The position numbers and the translations under genes are program-made. Below, in pieces: positions 1 through 7,007 of a stretch of DNA of 15,049 bases (position 1 is its first letter; each line of letters starts with the position of its first letter). The notes beneath the pieces were generated by a model. It was given only the letters and a program-made list of their open reading frames with translations. It searched no databases and was not told the DNA's origin. Origin of the DNA: Myxococcota bacterium (GTDB lineage: Bacteria; Myxococcota_A; Polyangia; Polyangiales; Sandaracinaceae); NCBI GenBank assembly GCA_036149055.1, contig JAYZQJ010000127.1, forward strand, positions 1 through 15,049. The letters run 5' to 3'.

Positions 1-150
1 CTGGGTACCCACGCTCCTGAGTCAGAATCTTCCGGGATTCTTTTGGTACGCGGCAAAGCTGCAGGGTTTTGAACACATTGGAGTTGTTTCATGTTTCACG
101 GTGAGCCGCCATGGAGTCGCACTGGCCGGCCTCACCCACCCCTGCACCCC

Positions 151-800
151 GCGTCCCGTCACCCCGCTCCTTCCCAGGCCACGTCGCCCCGTTCCCGACC
201 TTCCCCCCTCCCCCCGAGTCGGCGGTGTCCGAGCCGAGCGCCGGTCGGGGACCGTTCGGCGGCAGGGAAGAGGGAGATGGGAGGTGGGAGGCGTGGAGGA
301 ATCAGATACCGCGCGGCGTCGGCGGCCCCCCCCGGGCGGCGGCCGCGGCGGGCGCGGGCCGGGTCCCGGCGGCGAGCCTCCAGCCCGTTGCCCCATGCCC
401 AGCCCCCGTGTCGCGCAGCGACACTTCCTCCTCGCCTCCCGTCTCCCTTCTCACTGTCCGTCCTCGTCTCCTCGTTTCCGACCTTCCTCCCTTCCCGCGA
501 GTCGGCGTGTCCGAGCCGAGCGCCGGTCGGGGACGGCTCGGCGGCCGGGAAGAGGGAGATGGGAGGTGGGAGGCGTAGAGGAATCAGATTCCGCGCGGCG
601 TCGGCGGCCCCCCCCGGGCGGCGGCCGCGGCGGGCGCGGGCCGGGTCCCGGCGGCGAGCCTCCACCCCGCTGCCCCCAGCCCGCGTGTCGCGCAGCGACA
701 CTTCCTCCTCGCCTCCCGTCTCCCCTCTCCCTGCCCGTCCCCGTCTCCGAGACTCCGAGATTCCGACCTTCCCGCGAGTCGGGGGGGCCGAGCCGACGGC
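151..800. repeat. Non-coding tandem array of ~283-bp units (two full copies plus partial flanking copies) with internal inverted repeats; REPIN/BIME- or MITE-like
   Basis: CCGACCTTCC recurs at 195, 478 and 763. A 74-bp core is identical at 309-382 and 591-664. The C-rich arm GC(C/G)TCCCGTC recurs at 151, 434 and 711. G-rich arms (265-301, 547-583) are reverse-complementary to C-rich arms (425-460, 702-742). Offsets between copies vary (283, 282, 277), so no reading frame is preserved. Confidence 0.9.
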
Positions 801-883
801 AGATCGGAGAGGAGGGGGGGTACCGCGACAGGGACGTCGCAGTGGGTGCGCGGGGGCGAGCGAGGGTAGGGCGATCCGCAGCG

Positions 884-899
884 GGGCACGCATCGTGCT
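884..899 (+). promoter_or_regulatory. Putative sigma54 (-24/-12) promoter
   Basis: GGGCACGCATCGTGCT matches TGGCACG-N4-TTGCW with exact spacing (GG 885-886, GC 897-898). Predicted +1 near 910, just ahead of the ATG at 912. Adjacent to a sigma54 activator gene. Confidence 0.65.
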
Positions 900-911
900 T
901 CGTGTGTCGGC

Positions 912-1052
912 ATGCTCTGGATCAAGGCGCTGCTCTGGCTGGCGATGATCCTCCTGCCCGGCGGGATCCTGCTCGCGCCCGTGCTCTACGGCCTCCACCG
1001 CCGTGAGGACGAGGCGCGCCGCGCCCTCGCCGTGACGTCACGCGTCGAGTGA
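912..1052 (+). CDS. Small membrane protein, 46 aa (MLWIKALLWLAMILLPGGILLAPVLYGLHRREDEARRALAVTSRVE)
   Basis: Translated by hand (absent from the ORF track). ATG 912 to TGA 1050-1052. Nearly all codons end in G/C as in neighbouring genes. Hydrophobic N-terminus broken by LPGG, then a charged tail. Sigma54-like promoter immediately upstream. Confidence 0.75.
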   Translation: MLWIKALLWLAMILLPGGILLAPVLYGLHRREDEARRALAVTSRVE

Positions 1053-1072
1053 CGCTGTGACGGTGTGACGCC
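1031..1072. promoter_or_regulatory. GTGACG motif cluster: 12-bp palindrome plus three 8-bp tandem repeats; candidate regulator binding site
   Basis: CGTGACGTCACG palindrome at 1031-1042. GTGACG at 1049, 1057 and 1065 with exact 8-bp period. Function is inferred. Confidence 0.35.
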
Positions 1073-1111
1073 GCCTCACGGTGCGAACGCAACGTCGCGG
1101 GGCGGCGGCCG

Positions 1112-1160
1112 ATGTGCGTCCTTCCGTCGCCAGCCGGGTGGGAAGGCCGTCGCACATTTT
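1112..1160 (+). terminator. Interrupted stem-loop followed by a short T-tract; possible terminator or attenuator
   Basis: ATGTGCG (1112-1118) pairs with CGCACAT (1151-1157). CCTTCC (1120-1125) pairs with GGAAGG (1141-1146). Followed by TTTCT. The loop is large and the T-tract short. Confidence 0.35.
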
Positions 1161-1241
1161 CTCACCCGAGATCACACGATCCACGCAACGTCGACGGATC
1201 GCCCGCGATAGCCCCTCCGTCCTGCGAGGAAAGGAGTGGTC

Positions 1242-2780
1242 ATGGAGGTTCTGGTCCTGAGCTACCGCGGCGAGCCGCTGCGCGAGTTTCCCCTCGGTCA
1301 CCGGCCGCTCGAGATCGGGAGCGGTCCCGGCTGCGACATCGTCGTGCACGACGCGCGGGTCCGGGAGCGGCACCTGCTCGCGAGCGCGATCGGTGGGTCG
1401 GTGATGCTCTACGAGCTGCGCGCCGGCGGCAAACGAGCGCCGGTGCGGGCCCTCGAGCCCAACGTGCCGATCCGGGTAGGGCTGCACCACACGATCACGC
1501 GGATGCGGAGCGAGGTCGCGCGCCCGGGGCCCAGCCGCGCGCACACCGAGCCGCTGGGCGTCGACGCCTGCGCCGACGGCGAGGTCAGCCTGATCGTCGG
1601 CAGCGGCAACGAGGCGCGGCGCATCCCGCTCGACGGCCGGCCGCTCACCATCGGGGCCAGCAGCCGCGCCGACGTGGTGGTGCACGATCGCACGGTGAGT
1701 CACCGGCACTGCCGGCTCGAGCCGTGCGTCGACGCGCTCTGGCTGCGGGACCTCGGGAGCCGCAACGGGACGCACGTCGACGGGGTGGCGGTGGAGCTCG
1801 CCCGGGTCCTGCCCGGCTCCGAGATCCAGATCGGTCGCACGCGCCTCCGCCTGGTCGGCCGCGGTCGGCCGGGCGACGCCCGCGAGGACGGGCTCATCGC
1901 GGAGTCTCCGGAGATGGGCGAGGTGCTGGAGCTGGTGGAGCGCTACGCGCAGGCCCGCGAGGCGGTGCTCGTCCGGGGCGAGAGCGGCGCCGGCAAGGAG
2001 GGGGTCGCGCGGGCGCTGCACTCCCGCGGGCCGCGGGCCGGAAAGCCGTTCATCGCGATCAACGCCGGGGGCATGACCGCGTCGCTGGTGGAGAGCACGC
2101 TCTTCGGTCACGAGCGGGGCGCCTTCACCGGCGCGGCCGCCTCGCGCCGCGGGCTCTTCGAGCAGGCGGATGGCGGCACGCTCTTCCTCGACGAGATCGG
2201 GGAGCTGCCGCTCGAGATGCAGAAGCGGCTGCTCCGGGTGCTCGACCACTGGGAGATCCGCCGGGTGGGCGGAGAGCAGATCCACAAGGTCGACGTGCGG
2301 CTCGTGTGCGCGACCCACCGCGACCTGCGCGAGATGGTCCGCGAGGGGACCTTCCGCGACGACCTCTACTGGCGCGTGGCCCAGCTCGAGATCCGGGTGG
2401 CGCCCCTCCGCGAGCGCCCGAAGGACGTGATGGCGCTGGCGAGGCACTTCCTCGCCCAGAAGGGCGGCGGGCGCGCGCTCTCGGCGGAGGCGATGCAGCT
2501 CCTGTTGACGCACGACTGGCCGGGCAACGCCCGCGAGCTCCGGAACGTGATGGGGCGCTGCGCCACCCGCGCGACCGGCGCCCGGATCTCGCTGCGCGAC
2601 GTGGAGGCCATCTTCGACGAGATGGGCGTCGAGGCGCGCGGCTCCGGGGTCTGGGCCATCGAGGAGGTCGTCGACCAGCACGGGGGCAACCTCACCGCCG
2701 CCGCCCGCGCGCTCGGTATCCCGCGCTCGACGCTCCGCGATCGCTACAACCGCGCGCGTCGACGTCGAGAGGCTGGCTGA
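1242..2780 (+). CDS. Sigma54-dependent enhancer-binding protein with two N-terminal FHA-like domains, AAA+ domain and Fis-type HTH (512 aa)
   Basis: Walker A GESGAGKE, ESTLFGHERGAFTGA, Walker B LFLDEIGE, PLRER, WPGNAREL, C-terminal GNLTAAARALGIPRSTL. FHA signature VSHRH...DLGSRNGT. SD AAGGAG at 1231-1236 favours ATG 1242 over GTG 1236. Confidence 0.95.
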   Translation: MEVLVLSYRGEPLREFPLGHRPLEIGSGPGCDIVVHDARVRERHLLASAIGGSVMLYELRAGGKRAPVRALEPNVPIRVGLHHTITRMRSEVARPGPSRAHTEPLGVDACADGEVSLIVGSGNEARRIPLDGRPLTIGASSRADVVVHDRTVSHRHCRLEPCVDALWLRDLGSRNGTHVDGVAVELARVLPGSEIQIGRTRLRLVGRGRPGDAREDGLIAESPEMGEVLELVERYAQAREAVLVRGESGAGKEGVARALHSRGPRAGKPFIAINAGGMTASLVESTLFGHERGAFTGAAASRRGLFEQADGGTLFLDEIGELPLEMQKRLLRVLDHWEIRRVGGEQIHKVDVRLVCATHRDLREMVREGTFRDDLYWRVAQLEIRVAPLRERPKDVMALARHFLAQKGGGRALSAEAMQLLLTHDWPGNARELRNVMGRCATRATGARISLRDVEAIFDEMGVEARGSGVWAIEEVVDQHGGNLTAAARALGIPRSTLRDRYNRARRRREAG

Positions 2781-2782
2781 AG

Positions 2783-3493
2783 TCAGCGCCCCGAGAGCAT
2801 TCGCCAGGCGCGGCGGAGGCGGCGGCGGCGGAGGTCGGCGAGGTCGCGGGCGACGCCGACGATGCGGCGGAGGCCGGTGGACTTGGACTGGCCGGCGCGG
2901 CGGGGGCGGCAGGCGATGGTCACGGTGCGCGCGCGGATGCCGGCGGCGAGGGCCCGGATCGGGAGCTCGAAGTTGAGGAAGAAGCTGTCCGGCGGGAGCT
3001 CCTCGGGGACGAAGAGGCGGCGCCGGAAGAGGTAGGGGCCGTCGCTCCGGAGGCGCACGCCGTGCACCAGCCAGATGAGGCCGCGCACCCCGGCGGAGAG
3101 CAGGGTCCGGTCGAGGCCGTCGTCGCGGTGGTCGTAGACGCTGAGCACGAGGTCGACCGCGTCGTCGTCGGCGGCGTCGAGCAGGGTGCCGACCGCGGCC
3201 GGCTCGATCTGCCCGTCGGCCGGCATGAAGGTGACCCAGTCGCCGCGCGCGAGCCGCACGCCGGTCTTGAGGGCCGCGCCGATGCCGCCGTTCACGTCGT
3301 GCCGCGCGGTGCGGTGCGGGAAGCCGGCGAGGGCGCGCTCGGCCGCCTCGAGCGTCCGGTCGCGGGAGCCGTCGTCGACGAAGACGATCTCGGACGGCGG
3401 CGCGTTGTCGCGCAGCCAGGCGATCAGCTCGCCGAGCACCGCCTCGACGTTCTCCTCTTCGTCGAAGGCGAAGACGATGATCGAGAGCCTCAT
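2783..3493 (-). CDS. Family 2 glycosyltransferase, DPM1/polyprenol-phosphate glycosyltransferase-like (236 aa)
   Basis: C-terminal part of track ORF 2783..5659. True start is MRLSIIVFAFDEEENV at 3493, with ATGA overlap to the upstream stop. Motifs FVDDGSRDRT, NGGIGAALKTG, FMPADGQ, RPRRAGQSK. Confidence 0.9.
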   Translation of the reverse strand: MRLSIIVFAFDEEENVEAVLGELIAWLRDNAPPSEIVFVDDGSRDRTLEAAERALAGFPHRTARHDVNGGIGAALKTGVRLARGDWVTFMPADGQIEPAAVGTLLDAADDDAVDLVLSVYDHRDDGLDRTLLSAGVRGLIWLVHGVRLRSDGPYLFRRRLFVPEELPPDSFFLNFELPIRALAAGIRARTVTIACRPRRAGQSKSTGLRRIVGVARDLADLRRRRLRRAWRMLSGR

Positions 3494-4002
3494 CGCGTCC
3501 TCAGGGTGCGCGCGGGGTTGCCGGCGACGACCGCGTAGGGCGGCACGTCCCGGGTGACGACGGCGCCGGCGCCGACCTGCGCGCCGCGGCCGACGGTGAC
3601 GCCCGGCAGGACGATCGCGCCCACGCCGAGGTCCGCGTCCGCCTCGATGACGACCGGCGCGAAGTCGAGCGGCGCGTGGAGGATCGGCGTCTCGCGGCCG
3701 GCCTCGCGGTGGGTCGAGGTGATGATCTTCACCCCCGGGCCGACGCCGACGTTCTCGCCGATCGTCAGGTCGCCGGCGGCGTGGAAGAAGCACTGCTGCC
3801 CGATCCAGGCGCCGTCGCCGATCCGCATCACCCCCGCGTGGTAGCCCTTGAGGACGGTCTGGTGGCCGACGTAGACGCCGCGGCCGACGTGCACGTTCTC
3901 GGGGTGGAAGACGAGCACGCCCTCCTCGAAGACGCAGCCGTCGCCGCAGGAGGCGAGCGCCTCCCGGGTGAACCGACCGTCGCCGTGGCTTCGCCGCTCC
4001 AT
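3490..4002 (-). CDS. Hexapeptide-repeat (left-handed beta-helix) acyltransferase, sugar O-acetyltransferase-like (170 aa)
   Basis: Repeats IGDGAW/IGENVG/VGRGAQ/VGAGAV, the TSTH histidine and the C-terminal VVTRDVPPYAVVAGNPAR signature. Confidence 0.92.
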   Translation of the reverse strand: MERRSHGDGRFTREALASCGDGCVFEEGVLVFHPENVHVGRGVYVGHQTVLKGYHAGVMRIGDGAWIGQQCFFHAAGDLTIGENVGVGPGVKIITSTHREAGRETPILHAPLDFAPVVIEADADLGVGAIVLPGVTVGRGAQVGAGAVVTRDVPPYAVVAGNPARTLRTR

Positions 4003-4035
4003 GCGCCGCGAGCCAAGCGCGCGCGGGGGCCCGGG

Positions 4036-5973
4036 TCAAGGAGGCGCGGTGATCTGTTGCCGGGCGTAGCCGGCGCCCTCGAGCCCGAGCGCGGCGGCCT
4101 CGTCGACCAGCTGGAGGGCCGGGCCGGGGCGGCCGACCGAGCGGAGCAGCAGCCCGGTGAAGACGAGGTTGCGCGCCGGATCGTGCAGCGCGGCCGCGCG
4201 CGACCAGTCGGGGAGGGGGCCGGTCAGGGGCGGCCCGCGGTCGGGCAGGTCGCCGGGTAGGGGGCGGCCGAGCCCCGAGGGCGGCAGAGCGGCCATCATC
4301 GCGCGCGCCGCGGCGCGGGCCCGGCCGAAGCGCCAGAGCGCCTCGCCCCGCCGCTCGTTCACCCGGGCCGCGACCTCGAGCGCTTCGCCGGAGAGCGGCG
4401 CCGTCCGCTCGATCGCGGCCGAGGCGACGTGCGCCTCCGGGCCCCCGGCCTCGCAGGCGCCCTCGGTCCAGACCATCCAGCCGACCCCGCAGGGCAGCAG
4501 GCCGAGCGGCTCGCCGAGCGCGATCGACTCGAGCAGGACCGGGCGCTCGGGGTTGGCCTGGAGCAGCCGGCGGAGCCGCCCGGCGCGGCCGCCGGGGCCG
4601 ACGAGCGTCATCGGCGTGAGGCCGGGGTGGCGGGCGAAGAGGTGCTCCCAGTACCAGCGCGACGAGCCGAGGCCGGTGGCGACGATCACCACGTCCGGCC
4701 GGACGCCCTCGACCTCCTGGGCGAAGAGCAGGGGCGCCACCCAGTGATCGGCGCTCACCACCAGGATCGCGTCGGGCGGCGCCTCCTCGAGCGCGCCGTG
4801 GGCCATGACGTCGGCGAGCGAGGGATCGTCGCGCCGCTCGAGCAGGTGGGTCGGCGAGACGACCAGCGCGAGCAACGGCAGGGCGGCGGCGAGCGGCGCG
4901 TAGCGCTGGTAGCGGTCGTGGCGGGCGGCGACCTGGGCGAGGCCGGCGACGCCCGCGAGGCAGAGCCAGAGCGGCGCGAGGAAGTAGCCGCGGTAGTCGG
5001 GCACGTCGGGGTGGAAGACCACGTTGGCGGCGACGAAGCCGACGGTGACGGTCGCCGTGAGCGGGAGCGCCAGCCGGAGGCCGCGCCGCGACAGGGCGAC
5101 GAAGCCCACCGCGCCGAGCGCGAGCACCGGAAGCGTGCCGTGCGCGAAGGACCACTCGGTGAGGTCGACGAGGTGCTCGGCCCAGGTCGGGAAGTCGATG
5201 CCCTGGTTGTGCCCGTAGTCCTCGCCGCGCACGTAGGAGAGGAACGCGTCGAGGCTCGTGGGCGCCCCCCAGGCGAAGGTCTCCGGGGCGCGCGCGCCGG
5301 CGAGCGGCAGGTAGAGATACGACAGCGCCGCGGTCCCGACGAAGGCGCCGGCGCCGCGCGGGATGGAGAGCTCGGGCGTCTCGCGCTCCTGTCTCTGCTG
5401 GCGCTCCTGTCTCAGCTCGCCCAGTGCGATCGCGAGCGCGGCGGCGACCCCGGCGGCGGCGATCACGAGGTGGGCGCCGGCGGCGAGGCCGAGCAGGGCG
5501 GCCGCGAGCACGCCGCGCCCTCGGCGGGTCGGGTCGGCGAGCCGCGCCAGCGCGAGGAGCACGAGGAGCGAGGCGAGCGAGTAGACCTCCACCCGGGTCG
5601 AGGGCTCCCACGCGATCATCGAGAGGCCGCCGCCGAAGAGCGGCAGCGCGCGGGCCCACAGCTCGCGGCCGGCGCGCGCGGGCCCGGCGAGCGCGTCGGC
5701 CAGCGACCAGGCCGGCAGGACACAGAGCGCGCCCGCGATCGCGCTCAGCAGCGTGAGGCCGAGGGTGGCCGGGACGCCGGGCAGGTGCGCGAAGACGAAG
5801 CCGATCAAGGTGTGGATCGGCTGACCGACGGGGTGACCGACCCCGAGCTCTGCCGCGACCAGGGCCAGCTCCGGGCTGTCGTAGAAGGTCATGCCCGGCG
5901 CGAGCGTCAGCGCGTACGCGGCGAGCACCGCGGCGGCCGTGAGCCAGGCGGCGCGCGGCCTCGAGAGGGTCAC
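4036..5973 (-). CDS. DUF2723 / TMEM260-like multi-pass GT-C glycosyltransferase (645 aa)
   Basis: N-terminal YALTLAPGMTFYDSPELALVAAELGVGHPVGQPIHTLIG resembles the family motif TL.P....DSGE......LG..HPPGYP. Also EVYSL, YLYLPL, many TM segments and a soluble C-terminal region. GTGA overlap with the upstream gene. Confidence 0.82.
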   Translation of the reverse strand: MTLSRPRAAWLTAAAVLAAYALTLAPGMTFYDSPELALVAAELGVGHPVGQPIHTLIGFVFAHLPGVPATLGLTLLSAIAGALCVLPAWSLADALAGPARAGRELWARALPLFGGGLSMIAWEPSTRVEVYSLASLLVLLALARLADPTRRGRGVLAAALLGLAAGAHLVIAAAGVAAALAIALGELRQERQQRQERETPELSIPRGAGAFVGTAALSYLYLPLAGARAPETFAWGAPTSLDAFLSYVRGEDYGHNQGIDFPTWAEHLVDLTEWSFAHGTLPVLALGAVGFVALSRRGLRLALPLTATVTVGFVAANVVFHPDVPDYRGYFLAPLWLCLAGVAGLAQVAARHDRYQRYAPLAAALPLLALVVSPTHLLERRDDPSLADVMAHGALEEAPPDAILVVSADHWVAPLLFAQEVEGVRPDVVIVATGLGSSRWYWEHLFARHPGLTPMTLVGPGGRAGRLRRLLQANPERPVLLESIALGEPLGLLPCGVGWMVWTEGACEAGGPEAHVASAAIERTAPLSGEALEVAARVNERRGEALWRFGRARAAARAMMAALPPSGLGRPLPGDLPDRGPPLTGPLPDWSRAAALHDPARNLVFTGLLLRSVGRPGPALQLVDEAAALGLEGAGYARQQITAPP

Positions 5974-6947
5974 GGGGACTCCTCCTCGCGGGAGATCGGC
6001 AAGACGAGCTGACTGAGCCCGCCGAGGCCGCCGACCACGAGCTGGCTGCCCCAGATCAGGAGCGACGCGGCGACCGCGTCGGCCTCGGCCACCCCGAGGA
6101 AGGTCGCGCAGAAGTAGACGAAGGCCCCCTCGCGGAAGCCGGCGCCGCCGACCGAGAACGGGATGTAGGTGGCGGCCATCGAGAGCGGCACGACCACCAG
6201 CGCGTCGCCGAGCGTGACCGCGCCCCCGGTCACCGACCCGAGCAGCAGCCAGCCGGTCACCGCGACGAGGCCCTGGGTGCCGAGCGACACGCCGAGGGCG
6301 CCGGCGAAGGGCAGGGGGCGCTCGATCTCCGGGATGGAGGCGGCGAGCTCGCCGAGCTTGCCCGGCAGCCTGGGCGCGACGCGGCGGCTGACGGCCACGA
6401 AGCCGATCCCGCCGGCGGCCGCCGCGAGGCCGAGCGCGGAGAGGAAGAGCACGTCACCGGTGCCGGGGAGCGGCCGGATGAGGTTGGCGCCGCTCACCAG
6501 GAGCAGCAGCCCACCGAGCCCGAGCGCGCGCTCGACCAGCACCACGGTCATCGAGGCGGTGGTGCCGCGCTCGCCGAAGCTCTGGCGGGTCACCAGGCCG
6601 CGCACCACGTCGCCGCCGACGCCGCCGGGCACGTAGTTGTTGTAGAAGAAGCCGACCCAGTAGACGTGGGTGAGGCGGAGCAGGGAGGGGCGCCGCGGCG
6701 CGCCGTAGGCGGCGAGCAGCAGGCGCCAGCGCACCGCGCCGACCCACAGGTTGGCGAGCGTCGTCAGGCACGCGGCGAAGAAGGCGAGGGCGCTCACCCG
6801 CGCGAAGGCGCCGCCCAGCTCCGCCGGGTCGACGATGCTGAGGATGTAGGCGAAGGCGGCGGCGGTGCCGCCGAAGCGGAGCCCGCGCCAGAGCCACTTC
6901 CTCACCGTGCTCCTGGCCGGGCTCGGCGGCTCGGTCGGCTCGCTCAT
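5970..6947 (-). CDS. Lysylphosphatidylglycerol-synthase TM-domain (UPF0104) flippase-like membrane protein (325 aa)
   Basis: RW..LL, GFFYNNYVPGGVGGDVVR, VLVERALG and PFSVGGAGFREG motifs with multiple hydrophobic helices. Confidence 0.88.
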   Translation of the reverse strand: MSEPTEPPSPARSTVRKWLWRGLRFGGTAAAFAYILSIVDPAELGGAFARVSALAFFAACLTTLANLWVGAVRWRLLLAAYGAPRRPSLLRLTHVYWVGFFYNNYVPGGVGGDVVRGLVTRQSFGERGTTASMTVVLVERALGLGGLLLLVSGANLIRPLPGTGDVLFLSALGLAAAAGGIGFVAVSRRVAPRLPGKLGELAASIPEIERPLPFAGALGVSLGTQGLVAVTGWLLLGSVTGGAVTLGDALVVVPLSMAATYIPFSVGGAGFREGAFVYFCATFLGVAEADAVAASLLIWGSQLVVGGLGGLSQLVLPISREEESP

Positions 6948-6962
6948 GCGAGGTCCGGCACC

Positions 6963-7007
6963 ATCACTGCTGCGTGAGTCACCGCCGCGAGGATCACTGC
7001 AGCGTGA
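6963..7007. repeat. 15-bp direct repeat ATCACTGC(T/A)GCGTGA, two copies 30 bp apart
   Basis: Copies at 6963-6977 and 6993-7007, 14/15 identical. The second overlaps the kinase stop codon. Confidence 0.7.

Noticed and set aside
1..92. Minus-strand open frame MKQLQCVQNPAALPRTKRIPEDSDSGAWVP running off the window edge
   Set aside because: Many A/T-ending codons unlike host genes and no SD; cannot be judged without flanking sequence.
151..800. CRISPR array interpretation of the repeats
   Set aside because: Units are ~283 bp and similar along their whole length, with no unique spacers and no cas genes.
22..1006. Track ORFs over the repeat array (22..396, 91..948, 101..1006, 111..578, 159..998, 584..925)
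   Set aside because: Arg/Pro/Gly-rich low-complexity products, no codon-position bias, and frame-breaking indels between repeat copies.
1075..1160. Cobalamin riboswitch resemblance (CGGTGCGAA...GGGAAGGC)
   Set aside because: Lacks the AGGGAA, GCCACTG and B12-box elements, and the downstream gene is unrelated to B12. An Rfam scan would settle it.
3494..5659. N-terminal 722 aa of track ORF 2783..5659 as a giant fusion
   Set aside because: Arg-rich off-frame shadow of the DUF2723 and acyltransferase genes; the GT2 starts at 3493.
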